From positions 1 to 55,064 of the forward strand of contig JBQMQE010000002.1 of the NCBI GenBank assembly GCA_052172655.1: 55,064 bases of DNA, written 5' to 3'. Below are positions 1 to 9,700 of the stretch, piece by piece (position 1 is the first letter of the stretch; every line of letters begins with the position of its first letter). A program made the translations under genes and the position numbers. The stretch comes from Burkholderiales bacterium (GTDB lineage Bacteria > Pseudomonadota > Gammaproteobacteria > Burkholderiales > SG8-39). The notes beneath the pieces are model-generated. The model saw only the letters and a list, made by a program, of their open reading frames with translations. It did no database searches and had not been told where the DNA came from.

Positions 1-1463
1 TTCTTGTAGCGTTCCCTGAGTTCCCGCAGTTTGTCGCAAGTGGCCTGCATGTCGGTTTGGAGGCGGTAGATGCCGCAACCTTCTTCCATGCTCTTGGCCA
101 TCTCGGTGCGCAGCACCGCCAGACGTTCTTTGCCGCCGGACCGGGTGACGACGCCGAGCGCGCGCACCTGTGCCGCCTCGGCCTGCCTCTCGATCGCGCC
201 GGGATTGCTGATCGCCACCGACTTCGCGAACTTCGCCGCCTCGACGCCCGCCACCTTGCCGAACACGATCAGTTCCGTCAGCGAGTTCGAGCCCAGCCGG
301 TTGGCGCCGTGAATGCCCACGCTGGAACATTCGCCTACCGAATACAGACCCGGCAGCGGTGCGGCCGTCTTGCCATCGGCCGTTATCCCGCCCATGGTGT
401 AATGCACTGCCGGCAGGACCGGAATCGGCGTGTGCGCCGGATCGACACCGAGGAATTCTTCCGCCAGTTCGCAGATCAGCGGCAGGCGCTCGTGCAGTTT
501 CGCCGCGCCTAGGTGGCGCAGATCCAGATTTACCACCGCACCATGCGGACCCTCGATCGTCCGCCCTTTCTTTTTTTCGTGCCAGAAAGCCTGGCTCAAA
601 CGGTCGCGCGGCCCGAGTTCCATCGCCTTGTTGCGCGGCGTAGGTTCGGCTGGTCCAAGTCCGTAGTCCTGCAGATAGCGGTAACCGTCCTTGTTCAGCA
701 TGAATCCGCCTTCGCCGCGGCACGCTTCGGTGAACAAGAGGCCCGTGCCCGGCATGCAGGTCGGGTGATATTGCATGAATTCCATGTCGCGCAGCGGCAC
801 GCCGTGGCGGTAGGCGAGCGCCATGCCATCGCCGGTGACGATGCCGCCGTTGGTGTTCTCTCGGAACACGCGCCCGGCGCCGCCGGTGGCGATGATCACC
901 GCTTTCGCCTGGATCAGCGTGAACTCGCCGGTGGCAATCTGGATCGCGAGCACGCCCTGGCAGCGGCCGTCCTCGACCATCAGGTCGGAGCAGAAATATT
1001 CGTCGAAGCGCTTGATCGAGGGATACTTGATCGAAGTCTGGAACAGCGTGTGCAGCATATGGAAGCCGGACTTGTCCGCGGCAAACCAGGTGCGCTCGAT
1101 CTTCATCCCGCCGAACGCGCGCACGTTCACATGGCCGTCCTCCTTGCGGCTCCACGGGCAGCCCCAATGCTCCATCTGCACCAGCTCTTCGTGGGCATGG
1201 GCAACGAAGTACTCGACCACATCCTGCTCGCACAGCCAGTCACCGCCGTGCACCGTGTCATCAAAATGAAAATCCAGGCTGTCGTCCGGCCGCGTCACCC
1301 CGGCAGCCCCGCCTTCTGCGGCCACCGTGTGGCTGCGCATCGGGTAGACCTTGGATATCAGCGCGATTTTCAGTTTCGGATCGGTCTCGGCAACCGCGAT
1401 TGCCGCCCGCAAACCCGCGCCACCCGCGCCCACTATCGCCACGTCCGCTTTGTAAACTTCCAC
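1..1463 (-). CDS. frdA: Quinol:fumarate reductase flavoprotein subunit FrdA, N-terminal ~487 aa (the C-terminal end lies beyond the left edge)
   Basis: Absent from the supplied ORF track because there is no stop in the window. Manual reverse-strand translation from GTG at 1463 (GGAGG 6 nt upstream) gives MEVYKADVAIVGAGGAGLRAAIAVAE..ISKVYPMRSHTVAAEGG..GGMKIERTWFAADKSGFHMLHTLFQT..MEFMQYHPT..HYTMGGI..GECSSVGIHGANRLGSNSL..MEEGCGIYR. This is collinear with E. coli FrdA as I remember it. Confidence 0.85.
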   Translation of the reverse strand, partial: MEVYKADVAIVGAGGAGLRAAIAVAETDPKLKIALISKVYPMRSHTVAAEGGAAGVTRPDDSLDFHFDDTVHGGDWLCEQDVVEYFVAHAHEELVQMEHWGCPWSRKEDGHVNVRAFGGMKIERTWFAADKSGFHMLHTLFQTSIKYPSIKRFDEYFCSDLMVEDGRCQGVLAIQIATGEFTLIQAKAVIIATGGAGRVFRENTNGGIVTGDGMALAYRHGVPLRDMEFMQYHPTCMPGTGLLFTEACRGEGGFMLNKDGYRYLQDYGLGPAEPTPRNKAMELGPRDRLSQAFWHEKKKGRTIEGPHGAVVNLDLRHLGAAKLHERLPLICELAEEFLGVDPAHTPIPVLPAVHYTMGGITADGKTAAPLPGLYSVGECSSVGIHGANRLGSNSLTELIVFGKVAGVEAAKFAKSVAISNPGAIERQAEAAQVRALGVVTRSGGKERLAVLRTEMAKSMEEGCGIYRLQTDMQATCDKLRELRERYK

Positions 1464-1612
1464 TGCTTACCTCCGTACGCGTATGCGCAAAACCAGCGGG
1501 ATTCTAACCCCAATTGATGAACGCCGTCGCATGCGTCGGCTCTCCATCCGCGCCGACGCCGAGCAGCCGTCACCGACCCCCGTTAAACTAACGTCCGCGA
1601 CTCTTTGCTTTG

Positions 1613-1626
1613 TTGATCCAAATCAA
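1613..1626. promoter_or_regulatory. Perfect FNR/CRP-family box TTGAT-CCAA-ATCAA in the divergent frdA / malic-enzyme intergenic region
   Basis: Exact match to TTGAT-N4-ATCAA. The centre is about 41.5 nt from a possible leftward TSS (weak -10 TAGTTT, rc of 1585-1590) and about 42-44 nt from a rightward one (-10 CATAAT at 1651-1656). Confidence 0.6.
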
Positions 1627-1764
1627 GCGCGAAGCTGAAAGTTCGAACAACATAATCGATTACGGTGCCGTCGCGCGCCACCGCATCGATCTGCGACGGG
1701 TCGAGGCTGAACAAAACCGCGACGCGATCAATAACGATAATTCAAGACAGTGGAGCTCTCTATC

Positions 1765-3405
1765 ATGTACGAAAAATCCAATGCCGACGGCAAACAGCCG
1801 ATGCCGTCCGGTCTCGCGCTGCTGCGCGACCCGGCCCGCAACCGGGGCACCGGCTTTACCGAAGCGCAGCGCGACGAGTTCAATCTGCGCGGCTTTCTGC
1901 CGCCTCGCGTGCACAACCAGGATGAGCAGGCCGCGCGCGTGCTGGCGCGCCTGCGCCTGCTAACCGACCCGTTGGAAAAATTCGTCGCGCTCAACGCCCT
2001 GCACGATCGCAACGAAACGCTGTACTTCCGCGTGCTATGCGACAACATCGACGAAATGCAGCCTCTGGTCTACACCCCGACAGTCGGATTGGCGTGCCAG
2101 AAGTTCGGCCACATCTTTCAGCGGCCGCGCGGCCTGTTCATTGGCGCGAACGACCGCGGACGCATCGCGCAGTTGTTGCGCAACTGGCCTTATCATGCCG
2201 GTATCATCGTCGTCACCGACGGCGAGCGCATTCTCGGCCTGGGTGATCTGGGCGCCAACGGCATGGGAATTCCGGTGGGGAAGCTGTCGCTCTACACCGC
2301 CTGTGCCGGCGTGCATCCGCAACTGTGCCTGCCGGTTACCCTCGATGTCGGCTGCAATAACACCGCAATGCTCGAGGACCCGTTTTACGTCGGGCTGCGC
2401 CAGCGCCGGCTGACAGGAGCGGCCTACGACGAAATGCTGGACGAATTCATTAGCGCGGCATCAGAGGTATTTCCAGGCGTGGTGATTCAGTTCGAGGATT
2501 TTGCCAATCACAATGCGTTCCGGCTGCTGAAGAAATACCGCGATCGCGTCTGCACGTTCAACGACGACATCCAGGGCACGGCGGCGGTCGCGCTGGCGGG
2601 CATCTTCTCGGCACTGCGCGTTACCGGCGGCAAGTTCACCGAGCAGAAACTGTTGTTTCTCGGCGCGGGCGAAGCCGCCACCGGAATCTGCAATCTCGTG
2701 GTGTCGGCGATGGTCGCCGAAGGCTTAACCGAAGCCGCAGCGCGCCAGCGTTGCTGGACCGTCGATTCGCGTGGCCTGGTGGTAAAAAGCCGCACCGATC
2801 TTGCCGAGCACAAATTGGCTTACGCTCACGACCACCCGCCGATTGGCGATTTTCTCACTGCGATCAAGACCCTCAAGCCCACCGCCATCATTGGCGTGGC
2901 GGCGATCGGCGGCACCTTCACCCAGGAAGTGCTGGAGGAAATGGCGCGCATAAACGAGCGACCGATTGTGTTCGCGCTTTCGAATCCGACCTCCAAAGCC
3001 GAGTGCAACGCCGTGGAAGCGTATCGCTGGACCAACGGACGGGCGCTGTTCGCTTGCGGCAGCCCGTTCGACCCGGTCAAGCGCGACGGCAAGACCTACG
3101 TGCCGCGGCAGGGCAACAACTCCTACATCTTTCCCGGCATAGGTCTGGGCGCGATCGCCAGCCGAGCGCGGCAGATCACGGACGAAATGTTCATGGGCGC
3201 GGCGCACACCCTTTCGCATCTCGTCACCGAATCCGATCTCGGGCAGGGCAGCCTCTACCCTGCACTGCCGCGCATCCGCGAGGTCTCGGCGCACATTGCT
3301 GCGGCCGTCGCGGAAACCGCGTACAAACATGGACTCGCCGGCAAGCCCAGGCCCGGGGACGTGCTGGCCGACGTGCGCTCGGCAATGTTCGATCCGCATT
3401 ACTAG
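1765..3405 (+). CDS. maeA: NAD(P)-dependent malic enzyme (SfcA/MaeA type, ~546 aa)
   Basis: ORF 1750-3405. The ATG at 1765 has GGAG 9 nt upstream. Motifs LYFRV..MQPLVYTPTVG, VVTDGERILGLGDLGANGMGIPVGKLSLYTACAG, FNDDIQGTAAV and LSNPTSKAE match E. coli MaeA along its length. Confidence 0.93.
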   Translation: MYEKSNADGKQPMPSGLALLRDPARNRGTGFTEAQRDEFNLRGFLPPRVHNQDEQAARVLARLRLLTDPLEKFVALNALHDRNETLYFRVLCDNIDEMQPLVYTPTVGLACQKFGHIFQRPRGLFIGANDRGRIAQLLRNWPYHAGIIVVTDGERILGLGDLGANGMGIPVGKLSLYTACAGVHPQLCLPVTLDVGCNNTAMLEDPFYVGLRQRRLTGAAYDEMLDEFISAASEVFPGVVIQFEDFANHNAFRLLKKYRDRVCTFNDDIQGTAAVALAGIFSALRVTGGKFTEQKLLFLGAGEAATGICNLVVSAMVAEGLTEAAARQRCWTVDSRGLVVKSRTDLAEHKLAYAHDHPPIGDFLTAIKTLKPTAIIGVAAIGGTFTQEVLEEMARINERPIVFALSNPTSKAECNAVEAYRWTNGRALFACGSPFDPVKRDGKTYVPRQGNNSYIFPGIGLGAIASRARQITDEMFMGAAHTLSHLVTESDLGQGSLYPALPRIREVSAHIAAAVAETAYKHGLAGKPRPGDVLADVRSAMFDPHY

Positions 3406-3415
3406 ACGAAAGCCA

Positions 3416-3460
3416 GCGCGGCGTTCCCGCAGAACGGGGACGCCGCGCGCTGTCGTTTGA
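3416..3460 (+). terminator. Strong hairpin downstream of the malic enzyme gene (14-bp stem, 5-nt loop), followed by a T-containing tract
   Basis: gcgcggcgttcccg (3416-3429) pairs with cggggacgccgcgc (3435-3448) with one G-U pair. The downstream tract tgtcgtttgat is only moderately T-rich. Confidence 0.55.
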
Positions 3461-3478
3461 TCTACGGTTTGATCTACG
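3455..3478. repeat. Perfect 12-bp tandem duplication GTTTGATCTACG x2
   Basis: 3455-3466 and 3467-3478 are identical. Read directly from the sequence. Confidence 0.9.
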
Positions 3479-3482
3479 TCAA
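3469..3482. promoter_or_regulatory. FNR-like box TTGAT-CTAC-GTCAA (9/10) with class-II-like spacing to a -10 (TATGCT, 3504-3509)
   Basis: One mismatch to TTGAT-N4-ATCAA. The box centre at 3475.5 would sit near -41 relative to a TSS predicted at about 3516-3517. It lies upstream of the nfn-rbr-nifJ-DHOD-like operon. Confidence 0.45.
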
Positions 3483-3695
3483 TGCGCTGACGACTGCCGG
3501 GACTATGCTTCGATTATCGTTGCAGGAGGACGCAGCGTTATCCGTGTTGACTCGCGACAACGGCGTGCCAGGCTGATGCGACTGCGGCCTGATTGCGCCG
3601 GATTGCTGCGTTCGACCAGCGCCATCGTGCTGATCATCCGCAAAGCGACTTTCCTTCGCCCGACTAACCCTTGAACAGGGCCGCAAGCTTATTCT

Positions 3696-6086
3696 ATGTA
3701 CACGATTGTCCGCCGCGAAGTATTTTCCGACACGACCTTCCTGTGGGAGGTGCTGGTTCCCGACGTGGCAAACTCGGCGCAGCCCGGCCATTTCGTCATG
3801 GTGCGGATGCACGAGGGCAGCGAGCGAATTCCGCTGACGGTGGCCGATTTCGACCGCGACAAAGGCACCATCACCATGGTGATCCAGTCGCTCGGCAAGA
3901 CCACGCTCGAGATGCGGGATCATTACAAGGAGGGCGACAGCTTCGCCGATTTCGTCGGCCCTCTCGGCATGCCGCAGCACGTGAGCAAGGTCGGGCACGT
4001 AGTGCTGGTCGGCGGCGGGCTCGGCGTGGCGCCGATATATCCGCAGTTGCGCGCGTTCAAGAACGCCGGCAATCGCACCACGGGCATCATCGGTTTTCGC
4101 AACAAGGACCTCGTGTTCTGGGAAGAGCGCTTCAACGCGTTCTGCGACGAGCTGATCGTCTGCACCGACGACGGCAGCTACGGCACGCCGGGCTTCGTTA
4201 CCTCGGCGCTGAAACAGGTGCTCGAGCGCGACAAACCGGATCTGGTCATCGCCATCGGGCCGCTGCCGATGATGAACGCATGCGTCGAGACGACGCGGCC
4301 CTTTGGCGTGAAGACCATGGTGTCGCTCAACGCGATCATGGTCGATGGCACCGGCATGTGCGGCTCCTGCCGCGTCAGCGTCGGCGGCGAGGTCAAGTTC
4401 GCCTGCGTGGACGGGCCGGACTTTGACGGCCATCAGGTCGACTTCAAGGAACTGGTCCTGCGCCAGCGGCGCTTCAAGGGAGAGGAGTCGAAGGCGAGCG
4501 AAGATTACGCCCATATCTGCCATGTGGAGGAGGTGCTGTTCGAGCAGAACAAGCGCAATTACAAAAAGTACAAAGATCTCTCGCCGCACGCGGTGAAGAT
4601 GCCGGAGCGCGACGCGCTGGAGCGCTCGCGCAATTTCAAGGAAGTGAACCTGGGCTACAGCATGCAAAATGCGCTGGAGGAGGCGGAACGCTGCATCATG
4701 TGCGCCAAGCCCGACTGCATCGCCGGCTGCCCGGTGTCGATCGACATCCCGCGCTTCATCCGCCACCTGCTGGTACGCGATCTCGACGGCGCGCTCGGTG
4801 TCATCAACGAATCCAATCTGTTCCCGTCGGTATGCGGCCGCGTCTGCCCGCAGGAATCGCAGTGCGAGGCCCAGTGTGTCGTCGGCAGGAACAAGAAGAC
4901 CCCGATGGAGTCGGTGGCGATAGGCCGGCTCGAGCGCTTCATCGGCGACAACGCCCGCGCACCCAAGGCGGTGCCGCCGCTGTTCGAGCGCGAACTGGGC
5001 CGGGTCGCCATCGTCGGCTCCGGCCCCTCCGGGCTCGCGGTCGCCGCCGATCTGGCGCGCTACGGCTGCGAGGTCACGGTATTCGAGGCGTTGCACGTGA
5101 TCGGCGGCGTGCTCCAGTACGGGATACCGCCGTTCCGGCTCCCGCGCGACATCATCAGCCGCGAGGTCGACAACCTGAAGAACATGGGCGTCAAGTTCGA
5201 GACCAACAAGGTAATCGGCAAGACGTTCTCCATCCCCAAACTCATGGGCGACATGGGTTTCGACGCGGTCTTCGTCGGCGCCGGCGCCGGCGCGCCATCG
5301 TTTCTCGGCATCCCGGGCGAGTTCGCCGGCCAGGTCTATTCGGCGAACGAATTCCTCACCCGCGTCAACCTGATGGGCGGGGACAAATTTCCCTATCTCG
5401 ACACGCCGATCACCCTAGGCCAGAGCGTGGTCGTGATCGGCGCCGGCAACACGGCCATGGACTGCCTGCGCGTGGCCAAGCGCCTGGGCGCGCCGACGGT
5501 GCGCTGCGTGTATCGCCGTTCCGAGGCCGAGGCGCCGGCGCGCATCGAGGAGATCCGCCATGCCAAGGAAGAAGGCATAGAGTTCTTCTTCCTGCATACG
5601 CCGGTCGAAATCATTATCGACGACGACGGCAGCGTGCGCGGGATGAAGGTGCAGAAGATGATGCTGGGCGAACCCGACGAGAAGGGGCGGCGCAGGCCCA
5701 TGCCCCTGGACGAATTCGTCGAGCTTGAATGCGATACCGCGATCTACGCGCTCGGCACCAAGGCCAACCCGATCGTTACCCAGTCGACGCCGGGGCTGGG
5801 CCTCAACAAGTGGGGCTACATCGTCGCCGACCCGCAGACGCAGGCCACCACCCTTCCGGGGGTGTTTGCCGGCGGGGACATCGTCACCGGTGCGGCGACC
5901 GTCATCCTCGCCATGGGCGCCGGCCGCCGCGCGGCCAGATCCATCGGTGCCTATCTGCAGGGCGGCAAGCAAAGATGGCCCGTTACCCAGGAAGACGCGG
6001 ACGCCTTCGTGCCGCCGGTCGCGCTCGGCGGCGCCGCGCCGGCCGCGGCAGCGCCGACCACCACCCAGAGCGAGAGCAAACCATGA
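3696..6086 (+). CDS. Fused NfnA-like (PyrK-type FAD/[2Fe-2S] reductase) and NfnB/GltD-like (2x[4Fe-4S], FAD, NAD(P)H) oxidoreductase, 796 aa
   Basis: The N-terminal ~280 aa resemble ferredoxin-NADP reductase/PyrK (MYTIVRREV.., GGGLGVAPIY, GTGMCGSCRV..FACVDGPDF). The C-terminal ~470 aa resemble the glutamate synthase small subunit/NfnB (CIMCAKPDCIAGCP, CGRVCPQESQCEAQC, VAIVGSGPSGLAVAADL, VVVIGAGNTAMDC, GVFAGGD). Confidence 0.8.
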   Translation: MYTIVRREVFSDTTFLWEVLVPDVANSAQPGHFVMVRMHEGSERIPLTVADFDRDKGTITMVIQSLGKTTLEMRDHYKEGDSFADFVGPLGMPQHVSKVGHVVLVGGGLGVAPIYPQLRAFKNAGNRTTGIIGFRNKDLVFWEERFNAFCDELIVCTDDGSYGTPGFVTSALKQVLERDKPDLVIAIGPLPMMNACVETTRPFGVKTMVSLNAIMVDGTGMCGSCRVSVGGEVKFACVDGPDFDGHQVDFKELVLRQRRFKGEESKASEDYAHICHVEEVLFEQNKRNYKKYKDLSPHAVKMPERDALERSRNFKEVNLGYSMQNALEEAERCIMCAKPDCIAGCPVSIDIPRFIRHLLVRDLDGALGVINESNLFPSVCGRVCPQESQCEAQCVVGRNKKTPMESVAIGRLERFIGDNARAPKAVPPLFERELGRVAIVGSGPSGLAVAADLARYGCEVTVFEALHVIGGVLQYGIPPFRLPRDIISREVDNLKNMGVKFETNKVIGKTFSIPKLMGDMGFDAVFVGAGAGAPSFLGIPGEFAGQVYSANEFLTRVNLMGGDKFPYLDTPITLGQSVVVIGAGNTAMDCLRVAKRLGAPTVRCVYRRSEAEAPARIEEIRHAKEEGIEFFFLHTPVEIIIDDDGSVRGMKVQKMMLGEPDEKGRRRPMPLDEFVELECDTAIYALGTKANPIVTQSTPGLGLNKWGYIVADPQTQATTLPGVFAGGDIVTGAATVILAMGAGRRAARSIGAYLQGGKQRWPVTQEDADAFVPPVALGGAAPAAAAPTTTQSESKP

Positions 6087-6718
6087 TCTCCTGTCCAAAG
6101 TGCCACCGTCCGATCGAGGGAGATGAAGCCTACATCTGCTGCGCCAACCTGGAACTCAGGTGGAGGTGCAGCGCCTGCGGCAAGGTAAGCGAGGGCTTCG
6201 CCTTCCCCTATGGCATGTGTCCGCATTGCAAAGGCAAGCTCGAGATGCTCGAGCGCGGGCCGATCGACGACAGCAAAGGCCTGGATGCCATCCGCGCCGC
6301 ATTCGAAATCGAACTCGGCGGCCATGCCTTCTACCAGCGCGCCGCGCGCGACGCGAAAGACCCGGCGCTTAGTGAACTCTTCGGCCGTTTCGCCGAGATG
6401 GAGCGAGAGCACATGCAGACCTTGTCCAAGCGCTACCACGCGAACCTGCCGCAGCCGGCCGAGGATTTCCAGATCGATCGCGCGGCCATCTTTGCCGGCG
6501 TCGAGCGCAAGCCCGAGGATCCGGCCAATCTGTTCCGCATCGCCATCGCGTTCGAGGAGCGGGCGGTGACATTCTTCAGCGAGCAGGGCGCGCGCGCGCC
6601 CGAAGCTTCGGTCGAGCGCGAGCTGTACAAGGAACTCGCGGCGGAAGAGCGCGAGCATGTGGCGCTGCTTGCTACCGAGTATGCGCGCTGGAAGGCCGGC
6701 AAGGCCGGACTTCTCTAG
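6083..6718 (+). CDS. Reverse-rubrerythrin-like protein: N-terminal 8-Cys zinc-ribbon/rubredoxin-like module plus C-terminal ferritin-like diiron domain (211 aa)
   Basis: The ATG at 6083 overlaps the upstream TGA (ATGA). Cys at positions 4, 7, 19, 20, 29, 32, 46 and 49 (CPKC, CC, CSAC, CPHC). Two E...ExxH sets are present (EIELGG..EMEREH; FEERA..AEEREH). Confidence 0.75.
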   Translation: MISCPKCHRPIEGDEAYICCANLELRWRCSACGKVSEGFAFPYGMCPHCKGKLEMLERGPIDDSKGLDAIRAAFEIELGGHAFYQRAARDAKDPALSELFGRFAEMEREHMQTLSKRYHANLPQPAEDFQIDRAAIFAGVERKPEDPANLFRIAIAFEERAVTFFSEQGARAPEASVERELYKELAAEEREHVALLATEYARWKAGKAGLL

Positions 6719-6764
6719 CAGCACGGCCGCGGCAAGGGCCAATGAAAACTAGCGAAAGGAAACC

Positions 6765-9700
6765 ATGAGCAACCGCCTGGCCGTCCTCGAGGGCAACGAG
6801 GCCGCTGCACGCATCGCCCACCTCACCAACGAGGTAATTGCGATCTATCCGATCACGCCGTCGTCGGGCATGGGCGAGTTCGCCGATGCATGGTCGGCGG
6901 CCCGCCATAAGAACATCTGGGGCGCCATTCCCGAAGTCATCGAGATGCAGAGCGAAGCCGGCGCCGCAGGCGCGGTGCACGGCTCGCTGCAGGCCGGCGC
7001 GCTCACGACGACCTTCACCTCGTCGCAGGGGCTGCTGTTGATGATCCCCAACATGTTCAAGATCGCGGGCGAACTCACGCCTGCGGTATTCCATATTGCC
7101 GCGCGCACGGTGGCCACACATGCGCTGTCCATCTTCGGCGACCACAGCGACGTGATGGCCGCACGCATGACCGGCTGGGGCATGCTCGCCGCGGCCAGCG
7201 TGCAGGAAGCGCAGGACATGGCGATGATCGCCCAGATGGCGACGCTGCGTTCGCGCGTGCCGTTCATGCATTTTTTCGACGGCTTTCGCACCAGCCACGA
7301 GGTAAACCGGCTGGAATTGCTGCTCGAGGAAGAAGTGCGCGAGTTGATCGACGACGAGTTGGTCACAGCGCATCGCGCGCGCGCACTCAATCCGGACAAG
7401 CCCGTGCTGCGCGGCTCGGCGCAGAATCCGGACGTGTTTTTCCAGGCGCGCGAAGCCTGCAACCCATTCTATATAGCGGTGCCGGGTATCGTGCAGGAAA
7501 GCATGGACCGGTTCGCCCAGCTCACCAAGCGTCGCTACAGGCTGTTCGACTATCAGGGCGCCGCCGATGCCGAGCGCGTTCTGGTGCAAATGGGTTCGGG
7601 CGTCGGCGCTTCGGGCGAAGCGGTCCGCGCTCTGGTCGCGCGCGGCGAGAAAGTCGGCCTGCTGACGGTGCGCCTGTACCGGCCGTTCGACACGCAAGCC
7701 TTCGTCGCGGCGCTGCCGAAGAGCGTGCGCGCCATCGCCGTGCTCGACCGCACTAAGGAGCCGGGCGCGATCGGCGAGCCCATGTATCAGGACATCGTCA
7801 CCGCTCTGGTCGAAGCATGGCCGCAGGACGTCGCGACGCCGAAGGTCATCGGCGGCCGTTACGGCCTGTCTTCCAAAGAGTACACGCCGGCCATGGCCAA
7901 GGCGACGCTGGACGAACTCGCGCAAAAACAACCCAAACGTCATTTCACCGTCGGCATCGTCGACGACGTCACCCGCCTGTCGCTGGCCGTGGATGAAAGT
8001 TTCGACACCGAGACCGAAGGCGTGACGCGCGCCGTGTTTTACGGCCTGGGCGCGGACGGCACCGTGGGCGCGACCAAGAACTCGGTGAAAATCATCGGCG
8101 AGAACACGCCGCTGCATGCACAGGGCTATTTTGTCTACGACAGCAAAAAGTCGGGCGCGGTCACCATCTCCCACCTGCGCTTCGGACCGAATCCGATCGA
8201 ATCCACCTATCTCATCCGCCACGCCGATTTCATCGCCTGCCACCAGTTCGAGTTCATGGCGAAGCTCGACGTGCTCGCACTCGCGCGCACCGGCGGCACT
8301 TTTCTGCTGAACAGCCCCTACGGGCCGGACGAGGTATGGGACAAGCTCCCGCGCGAGGCACAGGAGCAGATACTCGCCAAGAAACTGAAGATGTACGTGG
8401 TGGACGCGCTCGCCGTGGCAAAGGAGGCAGGCCTCGCCGGGCGCATCAATACCGTTACGCAAGCCTGTTTCTTCGCCATTTCCGGCATCCTTCCGCGCGA
8501 CGAGGCGATCGAGAAGATCAAGAGCTCGATCCGCAAGACCTACGGCAAGCGCGGCGAGTCCGTGCTCAACCGCAACTTCGCCGCGGTGGACCAGTCGCTT
8601 GCCGCGCTGCGCGAAGTGCAGGTCCCCGGCCGGGCCGATTCGGCGCTGCGCCGCCGGCCGGTGGTGCCGCGCACGGCCCCGGATTTCGTGCAGCGCGTCA
8701 CCGCGATGATGCTCGGCGGCAAGGGCGATCTGCTGCCGGTGTCGGCGCTGCCGATCGACGGCACCTTCCCCACCGCGACCTCGCAATGGGAAAAGCACAG
8801 CATCGCCCATGAGATCCCGATCTGGGACGCCGCCATTTGCACGCAATGTGCGTTGTGCCCGCTGATGTGCCCGCACGCGGCCATCCGCATGAACGTGTAT
8901 TCGCCCGATCAATTGAAAGGGGCGCCGGCGGGCTTCAACAGCGTGCCCTGGAGGAGCAAGGAGGGCGACGGGCTGGCCGGCTGGGCCTATACCCTTCAGG
9001 TGGCGCCGGACGACTGCACCGGCTGCGGCATCTGCGTGGACATCTGCCCGACGCGCAACAAGCAAGAAGCCAAGCGCAAAGCGATCAACATGGAGCCCAA
9101 ACTCGATCATCTCGAGGCCGAGCGGCGCAACTATGAGTTTTTCCTCAGCCTGCCCGAGACGCGCCCGTCGTGGGACACGATCGACCTGCTCAAGGGCTCG
9201 CAATTGCGCATGCCGCTGTTCGAGTACTCCGGCGCCTGCGCCGGCTGCGGCGAGACCCCGTACCTTAAGCTGCTGTCGCAGCTCCACGGCGACCACCTGC
9301 TGGTGGCCAACGCCACCGGCTGCTCCTCGATCTACGGCGGCAACCTGCCCTCGACGCCGTGGGCGCAGAACCGCGAAGGCCAGGGCCCGGCGTGGGCGAA
9401 CAGCCTGTTCGAGGACAACGCCGAGTTCGGGCTGGGCATGCGCCTCGCGCTGGACGCGCAGCGCGACCTGGCGCAAGCGCTGGTGCGCGACCTGCGCGCC
9501 GAGATCGGCGAAGACCTATCCACGGCGCTGCTCGAGGCGCCGCAGGCGTCCGACCAGCAGATTCACGAGCAGCGCGAGCGCGTGAAGCAGTTGAAGGCCA
9601 TCCTGCCGCGGATCAAGTCTCCACAGGCGCAGCAACTGCTGGCCGCGGCCGACAGCCTGGTAACGCGCAGCGTGTGGATCGTCGGCGGCGACGGCTGGGC

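Noticed and set aside
3538-3546. DnaA-box-like TTATCCGTG in the PFOR operon leader.
   Set aside because: It is a single copy with mismatches to TTATNCACA, and there is no AT-rich unwinding element or box cluster. This is not an origin.
6672-9476. 934-aa ORF antisense to nifJ. Similar long antisense or shadow ORFs occur elsewhere: 3474-5096(-), 13387-14646(+), 14873-16252(+), 18502-19809(-), 20468-22276(-), 30897-32387(+), 34673-36454(+), 41725-42834(+) and 53739-55034(+).
   Set aside because: Each lies opposite to, or out of frame with, a gene that has clear family motifs. Their translations are Arg/Ala/Gly/His-rich low-complexity strings with no recognisable motifs. Stop-free antisense frames are expected opposite GC3-rich genes.
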